From Amoeboaphelidium protococcarum X5 (taxonomy: Eukaryota > Fungi > Aphelidiomycota): DNA of 35,567 nt. The DNA lies in NCBI GenBank assembly GCA_023515725.1, contig JALDTO010000036.1:1-35567 (forward strand), written 5' to 3'. Positions 10,649-22,479 of the stretch are shown here, one piece after another. The notes beneath the pieces are model-generated. The model did no database searches, was not told where the DNA came from, and saw only the letters and a program-made list of their open reading frames with translations. Numbering within the stretch: the first letter of the stretch is position 1; each line of letters starts with the position of its first letter. Position numbers and translations under genes: made by a program.

Positions 10649-13366
10649 ATGAGCTTCAATCAGCAGACTGTGGCAGGTGCTCGCGTATTGAAAGACATTG
10701 CTTATAGACAGTCTGATGGCATCATGTTCATCATAGGCGACTCTTCTGACAACAGAAATATTCTTTATTAATACGCTTCAAATGGCACGTAATTGAAAAA
10801 TATGGTTTGGCTTCCTGGTGGTCTAACTAGCAGTGCCACTGAAACACTCGTCATTGATCAGGCGACGGGCGATTTGTTCATGGTTGGAAATGGTCTTTCA
10901 GGTAGTTTCTACGCGATGACGGCTTTCCGCTTTCACCCTAATGGCACTGTTGCATGGACAAAGGTGACTACAGCATCTGGTGGCAGTACTTTTCCCTCTG
11001 GTTTGACTTTGTATGAGTCTCAGGAAAAGCTGTTTTTCAACGGACACACCTCGGGGTCATTTCCTGGCTATAGCAACCAAGGCTAGTAGGATGGCTTCAT
11101 TGCTGGTTTGGATTACAATGGCACTTACTTGTGGATCAAGTAAAGCGGAACATCGCAAGTTGACATGATGTATGATCTCACGCGTTATGAAGATCGTCTC
11201 ATTGCTGGTGGTAGGTGGAATAGCGTATCATCAACGAATCAGTTTGGATTTCTGGCTTCTTATAACGTCAATGGTACTTAATAATGGTTCAATGTTTTTG
11301 CGTTCAACTCGGCTGTTAATACGATTTTGATTGATCAGGGACTTATATAAGTTAATGGTGTCCGTCAATATAGCGGATTGTCGTATGAGATTTTCTGGTA
11401 TACACACAATATCATTGATGGCTCGTTTAATTCAACAATTTACTGGCCTGCTAGTACTGGAGTGAATTTTGGGTCTGCGAGCTCAATGATTGATCCCGTG
11501 AATCAGATGAAGATTATAGGGTCGTCTTACTCCACTGGCTCAAGCTCTGTAATATTTACCATCTGCTAGTAAAATGTTAGTCAACGATTTCCTCTCACCA
11601 TGAATTACCTCTATGATGTTGCGGAGGATCTTAATACGCGAAAAATCTGGATTGTTGGCCAGCAGTCCAGTGTGGGAGCCTTGGCAATCGAGAATTCTGG
11701 TGCTTTGCTGGCCTTAAGCTGCTCCTTAAGTTCATTGAGTAGTACCTAAACCACCACAACACTTACTGCATCAAATTCTCGTAGTATGACGACATCTACT
11801 ACCACAACATTTCCTGCATTAAGCTCGTCGTTATACTCAACTTCCACCTCACTTTTGTCACTAATTGTTACCACCACAGATTCTACAACTTCCGTGCCAA
11901 TTACTACTATAATAAGTACAACATCTGGTAAAATCACATCGTCTACTTTGCTTGAAAGCTCTATTGCCACTGCTACTACTTTGTCCACTGCTAACTCTGT
12001 CGCCACTAACACCACCAGTTCTAGTGCAACTACCTCCACTACAACTATCATTACTGCCTCTTCTGATACTGCTACCACCACCACACTTAATCAAGTAACG
12101 TCGACTGGTAATAGTCAATAAGTGAATTCGCCAACGACGTCTTTTTCACCAAGTGTCACTAATCTAATTAGCCATACTAGTGAGGCTTCAAGTGCTCTTG
12201 TTGGGCCTTCAAATGCTGATATAGCCAGCGGATCAGTCATTAGTTCAAGTGGCTTATATGTGTAATCAATCTCATAGTCAAATGGTCTTTAATTTGTGCT
12301 CCTTTCACACAGTCTCTCTTCTGTATTAACGGCAACAACTTCTGGTGTATATTCCTCTGTAAATTAGGATGGCAATTAGGTGGTATCAGCAAATGGCACT
12401 TCTCTTACTTTACTTCTGGCGATCATTGCTGGTATCATTGCATTCATAATCATCTGTCTATTGTTGATGCTCACGTATAGAAGAAGGACTTATCGTAAAA
12501 AAGTCACACAAGTCAGAGCGTCGGCCAATGCCACTTCAACGACTGTTGTGGTAGCATTAACTGGGTCGTAAGCTACCTCAACCACTATGTTTACCAGTAC
12601 TTATGCTCCAACCACCGATATCTTGGCAATCCCAGTATTTTTGAGGCTGTAGGCTGGCTTTGGATTTAGACTGAAAAATCTGCTGACAGTCACTGGTAAT
12701 GGCTCCTTGTACTTTGGCGACATTCTGGACAAGAACGCGCGCCAGCTCTGTGGAGATTAGCAAGTGATAGTCAAAGTTGCTGCGGACAACTTGGAAGCCA
12801 TGTCTGATAGAGCTCGTAATGCTTTCTTTTAAGAGTTAGTGCTGATGAATCTATTCAAAGACTAACCACAATTTATAAAACTATATGGTTATAGTGAAGT
12901 TCCTGCGTGCATCCTTATGAGATACTACCCACTGGGTAGTTTGAAAAGCTATATGCTCGGGCAAAGTGTTATTAGTCATGTTTCTTATAGTAAGACCCAG
13001 CTGGTTTATATCTATAAGATGCTCGCTGCAGGGTATTCATTCATGCATCAGAAGAACATCGTCCACTTTGACATCAAGCCTGACAATGTTCTGCTTGACT
13101 ATAGTGGAAACGATCGATTGATGCCGATTATTTGCGATTTTGGTATCACCCAAGTGTTCGATACTAATGCTTATAAAGTAAAAGCTCTGCAGCTGAGTAA
13201 TGTAAGAGGCTTAAGTTATGTGTACGCAGCACCCGAGTTGATCGTCCAGTTTAAGAGCGCGTTTGCGGAAGGTCTCTAGAGCGATAGGTGCAAGTCGATG
13301 GACGTGTATGCCTTCTCGATGTTGATATACGAGACGCTGAACAGAATTTATGCTTACGATAAGTGA
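10649..13366 (+). CDS. Receptor-like kinase 3 (more divergent paralog, 905 aa)
   Basis: MSFNQQTVAGARVLKDIAYRQSDGIMFIIG...GHTSGSFPGYSNQGQQDGFIAGLDYNGTYLWIKQSGT; S/T stalk; TM LLLAIIAGIIAFIIICLLLMLTY then RRR; HFDIKPDN, DFG, YAAPE; TGA 13364-13366. Confidence 0.88.
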
Positions 13367-13432
13367 TGTTGATGACTTCTCGTAGTAATTCTAAAACTAT
13401 AATATAATTGTACTGCTGATTATTCAAAGATG

Positions 13433-13441
13433 TTTTCGCGC
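13433..13441 (+). promoter_or_regulatory. E2F/SCB-like site TTTTCGCGC upstream of thymidine kinase
   Basis: Matches the E2F consensus TTTSSCGC and, on the reverse strand, the SCB consensus CRCGAAA. About 145 nt upstream of ATG 13587. Confidence 0.4.
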
Positions 13442-13586
13442 TTTAGCAATAGCGGTTGTTCTAGTGTGGGCAACTGTTTCATGAAGAAATCTTGTTTTAA
13501 AAAATTCGTTTCAACTCTCAAGCTTATTTCAATTACTAACATCGATAGTATACTGTACTTAATATCTTGTATCAAACAACAACATT

Positions 13587-14325
13587 ATGGCAAAATTGTT
13601 CTTCTACTACAGCTCCATGAATGCTGGTAAGACAACAACCTTGCTTCAGTCCTCTTTCAACTACAATGAGCGTGGTATGAAAACGCTCCTGTTTGTAAGT
13701 TCACTCCTATAATGTATCAATAAAAAAAATCTACATAGAAATTTTTGTAGGCTCCTGTGATAGATGATAGATATGGCGTTGGCAAGATTACAAGTAGAAT
13801 TGGGTTGCAGTAGGAAGCTATTGCTTTTGAGATCAATTTCAATTTTTATCAGTTTGTCTAAGACGCTGATGCACAAACCAACGACCGTTATAGTTGCATT
13901 CTCGTGGATGAAGCCCAATTTCTGACGAAAGATCAAGTTCTCTAGCTCTCTGATATTGTTGATATTCTCGGTATTCCAGTTTTGTGTTACGGTCTCCGCA
14001 GTGATTTTCGCGGTGAACCTTTTGAAGGTATGGAGTTTGTACTATACAATTTTCAATTAAAAGTGAGTGTGATAGTTTAAATCTGAATGTACCTTTTGTA
14101 GGAAGCGCGTATTTGTTATCAATTGCCGATACATTATCCGAAATAAAGACAATTTGTCACTGCGGCAGGAAGGCGACGTTTAATGCGCGCGTCACTGTAG
14201 ATGAGAATGGCGATGAGAAGATGGTTCTGACTGGAGATTAGATTCTTTGCGGTGGCAATTCCGTGTATAAAAGCCTATGTCGTAGGCATTGGAAGTTGCA
14301 ATAACTGCACAATGATGCCAAATGA
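13587..14325 (+). CDS. tdk: Thymidine kinase, proteobacterial (E. coli Tdk-like) type; exons 13587-13694, 13751-14027, 14102-14325
   Basis: [31 protein letters not shown]...[16 protein letters not shown]...[11 protein letters not shown]...[24 protein letters not shown]...[12 protein letters not shown]...[13 protein letters not shown]. Two GT-AG introns restore the frame. Confidence 0.93.
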
Positions 14326-14611
14326 TGATATGTTGTGATCATTGATCTATAGTTATAAACGCGTTGTACAATAAAAGTTTCTGCTGTTGATGATGATGTT
14401 TTTGTTGTTCATTGGTATGAGTGATCTGAAACACGATTTTCCTCTCGCGCGCTTTCTCAGCTATATCCATCGCTCCGCAATCGTTGCCTTTGAATTAAGT
14501 AGAGCAGAGACGATGGGAGATCGTTCTGAGCAGTTCCTCTCGCGTTTTCCATCTTTTGACTTTCTCAGAATCTTTTCTTTCTTGCGACAAGTTGGAATTG
14601 TAAAATTGTTA

Positions 14612-15215
14612 ATGTCTGAATAATTTTGCCCATAATTTGCACCATTCTTTGGATTTGCTGGTATGATATTACTGTCATCTAAATAATAACTTGTAATTTA
14701 TTATATTTGTAGGTGCCACACTTGCAATGGTCCTGACTGCTACTGGATCAGCAATAGGTGAGAATATATCATTTGAACAATTGACTGAGATTGACACTTC
14801 TCGATTTTAGTATGTAGGAACTGCAAAGGCGGGAGCTGGTATTGTGGGAATGGGATAATTTAAACCTCAGTTGATTATGAAGTCCTTGGTACCAGTTGTT
14901 ATGGCGTCCATTGTGGGAATTTACGGTCTAGTTGTGGCAGTATTGATTTCCTAAAGTCTGTCTCCCGACCGGCCGTATTCACTATTTTCTGGTGCAGTTC
15001 ATCTAGCTGCCGGTCTTACCACTGGATTATCTGGTTTGGCTGCTGGATGGGCTATCGGAATTGTGGGAGATGCATCAGTGAGGCAGTACACGTTCCAAGA
15101 CCGAATATTCATCGGCATGGTGTTGGTGTTGATTTTTGCTGAAGTTCTCGGCTTGTACGGTCTCATTGTCAGTTTAATTCTCAATTCAAAAGCTGGCGAC
15201 TACAAATGCTCGTGA
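14612..15215 (+). CDS. VMA11: V-ATPase V0 proteolipid subunit, c' (Vma11)-like; exons 14612-14660, 14713-14757, 14818-15215
   Basis: FAPFFGFAG...[33 protein letters not shown]...[25 protein letters not shown] and FKPxLIMKSL resemble Vma11 rather than Vma3. The family call is secure; the paralog assignment is less so. Confidence 0.85.
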
Positions 15216-15302
15216 TATATATATATATATTTAGTTTATAAATGTGTTAAAACTATTATTACATTTATATTTGTTAACAACTAGTATTACTAGATCGGAG
15301 AG

Positions 15303-16247
15303 TCATTAGTCAATGTTCATCGCGTTCGTAGTAGCCATAGAATGGTCTTCATTAGTAGTAAAAGTCTCTTTAGATTTTGAGATTGCCAACAGTTATGCCA
15401 GAGACTACTATGCTTCGGTAGTAGTAAAAGGATAGTTTTAGTCCTATATATGTCCCTTTTGAGTCTCTAATACTTGTTCATATTCCCATAGCAGGTATCG
15501 AACGTCCAAATTATCCAATGCAAACTCTCCAAGCTCAACCAACAGCCGCAGAGATAATAGCCAATTCTCAATTACATTTCCTTCACTTTAATCAAACTGA
15601 GCATTATATTACGTGATTTAATCTTCAACATCTTTCAATGAATAAAAAGATTGTTATGTTGGCATTTTAATCAACTTCAACTTTTGCCATCCATCTGGAC
15701 TTAATCGCTGCATCTAATCAAAATACTTTCGCAATCGACCGTTCTGCACTTCAAACGGTGATACGACTCCCACTATGAGTTGGACTATTTTATCAATATT
15801 TTCAATTTTATCTAATGGGATGCACTGGATACTAAATTATTCATCTGGATCTTGACCGTCCTGGATGCCACTAGACATCAAGACCTTACGTTATGCCTTG
15901 AACAATTTGACAATAACGCGTCGAACCTCTTGACACTTGGTCTAATTGAACTATATGAATAACTTCTGCATGGCGATACTGATTATATGCACAGATTCTT
16001 TGATCATACTTTAATCTTCACTACTTTGATAGCGGTTTATAATTGCAGAGTGATGATAGATTACGTCCATTATTTAAGATACAGCTTGATAGATTTGACT
16101 AAATTACAATCGCGGTCCCAGCCACGTTATTTTAGACTAATTACCACCACCTAAATTCGATCGGTTCATTAACTAAAGAGAGGCTTGGGATATTTAAGCA
16201 TCATAATCGAGAACGCTTTACAATGTATATTCTGCGTCAATAAACAT
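15303..16247 (-). CDS. Hypothetical helical protein (314 aa), weak resemblance to the Integrator subunit 7 N-terminus
   Basis: TGA-free frame of 315 codons from ATG 16247 (MFIDAEYTLQ...) to TAA-TGA. Absent from the ORF track because of frequent TAA/TAG. Confidence 0.65.
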
Positions 16248-16412
16248 GAATTATCTTTATTCTATAATGGAAGGATCCGTGATTGCTTTCTAAGTAGGCT
16301 GGTAGAAAAAAAATCAATGAACGATAACCTTTAATTTCTATTAATCATTCCACCATAGTCAACAATCATATCGTATTCTAAAATCAAGTATCTTCACGCT
16401 CACAGCGTTACA

Positions 16413-19400
16413 TCAAAAGCGAGTCTATTACAAATTAATCGTGAGCCAGCACTATTGACAGTAAGGATTCTCATTGCGCTCGTAATACTGAGTGCGGGAG
16501 AGGTTGGAATCGCACTTGGTGCAGTTAAAATGATCAGCATGGTAGCGATACTAAGCTTTCATGGCCACCAGAACTTGACTCTAAATCGGTTGATGGCACC
16601 CTCTGCAACTTAATAATTCTTCACGATGAGATAGACACACCACTCCGCCATTGAACGCGAAATAATGCTTACCCGCGAGACTTGTGCCACAATGATCGCA
16701 CTTCTTACAATCCAAGTGATACTTTCTATCAAAAATGGTGGTATACTAGCCGTCAATAATTTCTCCACATGCACCACAATATAGGCCTGCTCTTCTATAG
16801 TAATCGTCTTTACAGTAAGGTAATCCTTCAAATGGCACAAATGCGCTAGTCAGATCATCACCACACGCGGCACAAAAGAAGCACTCTTTATGCCACTTTT
16901 TATCCATAGCCTCAAGTGCGGCATCGACTATATCTTAATCACAGCGAGCACAAATACCACCGGGCTTGCGGGATGGATTGTGACGTTGGCAGTACAGTTG
17001 ACTTTGGAAGAAAGCTGCAGTATTGTCTGCATTAGCCTGCGCACTTAACACTAGTTTACACTCTGCACATTGAAAATGTTCCGCGTGCCAATACTTTCCA
17101 AAAGCAGAAACTTAATCTTTCGTCTCGCTGATAAGAGATGAACAACCAGCACAGGTATTAAGAAATTATCCAGCAGATGCTACGGATACTGTGCCCATTG
17201 CAGCTTGAAGTTGAGCTAAAGCTTTCTCTCTAGATGCTGCATCACCTGCTCCACCGGGGGAGGCACTTCTGGGACCTTTACGATTACGAACCGACGCAAT
17301 AACAGGAGACGAATATGTAGGAGATGCAGGCAGTGATTAAGATTAATTTAACGTATCAGCTGCAGCCATGAACTAACTCTTCTAATCTGCAGGCGCCTTG
17401 CTGACCACAGGAGACGATGGTTGAGTTTTGACACTGGTGGGGAAATGCTAGTTTACCTGTGAGATTGGCGGTGATTATTAGTTAGCCATATTATCAATTG
17501 GAGAGCTTGCTACCAGACTAATGGAGCTAAGGGATTACTGACTGGTGGACGAACTCAAATTGTCTTGACTAGACTAATTCCCACTCAGACCTTTGACAGT
17601 TTAACGCGTCGCAACTTTAACAATTACAGGCGATACCGGTGCAGATGAAGTTTAAGACTAATTCTACGAACTATCTCCCCTTTTTATGACTCTTAACGTT
17701 GCAGATGATAATTGAGGCACAGCAGATCTGCTCGCAGTTTGTACCGACAATTTCTGAATCTCTGTTGGTTTCTGTTAAGAATATGTCTCAATACCACTAG
17801 GAGCAATGTTGTCTTGTACAGCTTTTTAATCTACAGAAGAGCTGATAGTGGAATCGTCAATGATATCACTCTACGCGTCCTGATTTTTCAAAGCCACCGC
17901 TGGTTATTCTTTACTGTCCACCGGACCAGTGGAAGACGTCGCAGCAGAATCATCAACTTTATCCGAGACAGCCAAGGACTCTTGAGGAACAACAGAGCTG
18001 CGATTAGATAAAGTACCAAAATCAGCGAATAGAGATCCGACGTGAGACTTGGCATCTTAAGCAGAAAAACTACCGAATTCACGTCTGCCCATCTTAATTC
18101 TACTGTTGCGGGAATCACCGACCAGAGAATTCGATCTCTCTGATCTAGATGGAGTGTGTGGACTCACGACCGCTTACTCCTCCACAATTAAACTCACAGT
18201 CTATCCCAACTCAACACTTAGCGGAGTATCCCTGTCGTTATTGTCTTGCTGCTGAATTTCAATAACGTCTGGTGCCTTGTCGCCACTTCCTTACCCATTG
18301 CCTTTATTATTAGATTCAGCTGCAGGTAGAGGATTGACAAATGTTCTCGACTTGACAGAAGATACCTCCGACATCTCACCACTTTAATCGCCATCCACAT
18401 TCATAAACTAAGGCGTATTATCCATAGCACTCGTGATCACCTTCAAATTCGGATTATTCTCTGCAGCGCTGGCTGCAGAATCGTTGTTACTACCATTCTG
18501 TTTCTTTCTCTGACTTTATAACTCATCAGATATACGCGCCAGTTCAATATATAAATCGCGCAGAATCAATTTTTCAGCTTATTCAGTGGCCTTCTCCAAC
18601 ATTTTATCAGCGTATTTGACAAAGAACTCATACAAACGAGCCAGGATTTACGCCTTCTTTGAGTCTGACAGTGGCTCCTTCACCACGGAATATCTTACCA
18701 TAGAGGATCGCTTAGATACCGGAGGTGCAGCACTAGATACATCATTCAAAAACTACTTCATCTGTGGCATCTTAGATCTAATAAACTCATTCATGGGAGT
18801 CATATAAGGTTCTTTAGCGCCAAACTCCACCAGATTAGCCAGATTCTACAGCGTCTTGGCAAGTAAGGTGAGTGTTCTAGACGTCTTATCATCAGTGTAC
18901 TCGTCGATAATACCAAACAGCTTTGGCCCTAAGATAGCAGGTGCAAACATTCTCAAAAAAAGAAAGCCCGCGACAGCAGTGAACTTTACCACATTGTCCG
19001 TGGGAAACTTCCTCAGAGCCTGATCTGACAATTCAACGTAGATCTCACGCATCTGGTCCGGCAGATTATGCTACGTAGAGAAAATAGCATGTACGATAGC
19101 ATTCATATATCCCAGCAGATTCTTCCAATTCATGTCCAGGTTATCGCCCTTCTTCAACCGAGTAGGATCCACCTCACAAGCCTTGTTAGACTAGACAATG
19201 TTCTTGATGATGGGCCCAAGAGTGGACTTTAAGTACTAGATGCCCACGACCTTCTGATAGACATCAATATTCTTGGATGCAAGAGAATTTGCTCTGAACA
19301 AAGTCTGGGCATCCAACGCGATTTTAAACTCATTGGCAATAGTGGATTTAATGTATGGAATCACAGAGAAGTTGTCTTCAAATATAGAGACAAACAACTT

Positions 19401-20728
19401 GGCAGCCTCTTCACGCTCCTGCACAACCTTTCCAAGCACGTTACACGCTAAAAAATCATGTTTTGCAATCACTTATAGGAATTCAGAGTATTTATTGGAC
19501 TTCAGCACAGGCGTAACAGAGTATTTAACTTTCATTCTAATCAAGCGCAAAGTACCGCAATTACTCGCAATGTACTTGGAGCATTTCACATGACAACTCA
19601 CACGACACTCTTTGCATTGCATCTGACTTGAGCCGGACCACATGATACCAGAACAATGACCACAGTATGACAGAGAGTTCAACTTAGAATCGACAAACTT
19701 GTGTGGCTTCTTATTTTTCACATTGATGGCAGCTTCCAAATCCGCCGTCTATAGAGCTAGAGCAAACATTTTAGGCTTCGTGATTGCCTCTGATGAACGC
19801 TTCTTCTTATACTTTTCCATCATTTGATACAGATCGGAAATGTGCCCAGGCTTAGGCAATAGTGTATACCACTTGTCGCTTCTTTACAACTGCACAATTG
19901 ATGAGAGGGGAATACTGGAATGTCCCATAAATACGTCTTCACCTCTAGCGTCTTGATGCCACACGGATAGATGGATCTCATGTTCCGGCTTAAGCTCATC
20001 AATAGAGAATATGAAAATCTCATTAAACGTGGGAGAAGTGTCATGAACTATCTTCGATTTCTACGTACTGCGGACTCTCAGATCAGGCAAAAGATGAGCC
20101 ACAACGTACACATTACAAGAGCCATCAGAGTTCCTGGGCATGAGATTACGTGCAGCCATAACATTAACAGAAACTGTATGAAGTGGATAATCCATCTTTG
20201 GCTAACTGTACGTCAGTCTCACCCTCAAGTCTCCGCTAATACAATTCTCTACATCAACAGGAGACAGGGCAAACCACTGATCATCATCCATATTGCCAGA
20301 GGTAACTAGCGCTCTAGGGAAAAACACTTGACCGAGGGCAATGTCCTACTATTGTTATTGTGACGAGGATTAATCCTTGTCCCCACTCACATCACCAGAT
20401 TGTTATTGTTTGTGATAGACTGTGGCCGAAAGTTGCCGAAAATCAGCTGGGACATCATCAAATATAAACTCTTCACCCCAGAACGGATTACTATTACCAC
20501 TAATCAAAGGTGTCTTTTCCTCCCTCTTGTCCAAATTGACCACAACATAAGAATCAATAAGTTCTACATTATAAGGATAATATGAAAGACTGATTAGATA
20601 TAGAAAACAATGAGTACACAAATCCAATGCTTACTAACTTTGTCCAGTGTCAAGTTCTTGGCCTCACTCACCTTGCAAGTTATGGTTCTATCTAAGCTGA
20701 CTTAGGAGACTGATTCAGGCTTCAACAT
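16413..20728 (-). CDS. GAP1-family RasGAP with architecture C2-C2-C1-RasGAP-disordered linker-4xLIM (about 1414 aa); intron 20564-20634
   Basis: C2 (VSEAKNL...NPFWGEEFIF), second C2 (VNVMAARNLMPRNSDG), C1 (HKF...YCGHCSGIMW...CKECRVSCHVKC), RasGAP (TLFRANSLASK, FLFLRMFAPAI, KTL[TAG]NLAN) and four LIM domains at 17155-16440 (e.g. CAGC..WHAEHFQCAEC..YCQRH). Same frame throughout, no TGA until 16413-16415. Confidence 0.88.
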
Positions 20729-20967
20729 TTCTAATTATTATTGTTTCACCTCTTATTGATCCTTCAATGATCGTTTCAGTTTCAACTAAGATCTAAATAG
20801 GAAATGTGAAACAACAAATGGCAAATGGAACTATATCGCCGTCGTTCTCTCGCCTGGGAACTTTACGGCGAGATTGATCAAACATGGTAACATGAAAGAT
20901 CTACAAAATCAATTCAAAAAAATGTAATATCAAGTGAACTCAAATAAAAACATAACATAAATTCTAT

Positions 20968-22296
20968 TCAATTCCATTCACGATCGGGCAAGACGAGAGG
21001 AGCGACAAGTGTCCAAATGTACATCAGATACGCCATCCAGCTGGTAACCACCTTGACCCATGTGGCCTGCCATGATCTTCCTAGTTGGATTGCCTCATCG
21101 GCCGAGTCTGCCGTTTTGACAATGTCCCAGTTGGTGAGCAGCATTGCCACGTACATACTTCCAATGGCGAATATGATGTGAAAGAATGAGTAATTGTAAG
21201 TGCATCCATCGCTCTCATCATTAAAGTTGGGATCATTTAGAGCATCATCGCCATCACGCGAAGAATCTCCACCTGCTCCTCTCTCGTTGTCAGAGATCAA
21301 AGCAATTCCATCTTCACCATTAGATCGAATAAATGCGCCACTATTAGATGCTGCACTTGACGTGGAATAAACTAAAGCGAGAAATGTCAGAATAACGCCA
21401 ATAATGACTTGGTCGTTTCTCTTGTGATTCTACGCCTAACTAAAGTTACACTTTGCATCCGGTTCACTGGATAAAGCCGTATAAACCAAGTATGTAGAGT
21501 ACAACATTAGGAATGCTGATTGAGGGAGACCACTTTAAGGATTTTCTTCCTGTATACTTGGATAGATGGACACCACGGCAGATATCACACCTAGAATCAG
21601 GTTGAACGAAATAAAGAATTGATTAAGCTTGCAGTGGGGCATACCGTAGTACGCAAACAGAAAGCCGGTGATTACGATAGATCCTATTAGCATCAAAATG
21701 GATCCACCAGCCAGGATAACCATCCAAGATCTATCATCACTTTCTTCGTATTTTTCAAGACAAATTTCGCTCCATCTGTAAGCCATATCAATAAGTAAAA
21801 CAAGTTGGATCAGAATAAATATGCCTGATGTGAATGTTGCAACTCCACCATACGCCAGTATCATGCTGTTCGGCAGATAAAAACAGGTCACAGTAAGCGC
21901 AACTATAATCAGCAATTTAATTCCCCAATACCCATTCTAAATACCAGCTCTGAGATCATTCGTCGAGCGTATGCCGTACGTGAACAGAGCCATGATGAGA
22001 TGAAACAAGGTGAGAGCCATTGTGATTCGATACGTGGCTAATGTGCCATAACATACTCCCTCTGGACAATCAATCTTATAAAATGGTATCTTATCAAACC
22101 GCTCTTTCAACGCCTTGATAGCCCAATCGCTCAGCATTACCCACGCAACAATGCTATTAAGCATGAATATTATGGCATAAGATATGCGGGTGGATGTTGA
22201 TAGTGTGGTGCCTAGAATTTGATAGAAGCACTTACAGGCCATAGAGCCAAAACAACAAGCCAAATCAGTACCCAAGCACGCTAATACCGCTCCCAT
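20968..22296 (-). CDS. TMS1: Serine incorporator (SERINC/Tms1) membrane protein, 442 aa
   Basis: MGAVLACLG..ACCFGSMAC, STRISYA, RAGI[TAG]NGYWGIK, FILIQLVLLIDMAY, YNYSFFHIIF, WVKVVTSW..YIWTLVAPLVLPDREWN-TGA. Confidence 0.93.
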
Positions 22297-22479
22297 ATTG
22301 TCTTTTATTTAGTAGTTATCAGTGGATTAGGTTGAAGAGAGTAGCTTTTTCAATTTGACCTCAATGAGAAAGAGAAAAATAGAGAGTTATAAATATACCG
22401 GACAAAACAAGTTCTAAAAAGAACCAATAAATAAGAAAATTTAATGTTATGCTTATTATGTGAATATTTATTGGTGAAA

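Noticed and set aside
5198-12118. Poly-Val minus-strand ORFs (5198-5554, 8345-9094, 11746-12084) and the Leu/Pro/Arg ORF 8608-8952
   Set aside because: These are antisense or off-frame shadows of the Thr-rich stalk codons.
4125-13366. Receptor tyrosine kinases
   Set aside because: The catalytic loop is DIKPDN (Ser/Thr type), not DLAARN or DLRAAN.
13587-14325. Bacterial contamination or a chimeric contig at tdk
   Set aside because: The gene has two spliceosomal introns with the local TGTAG acceptor and uses TAA/TAG as Gln.
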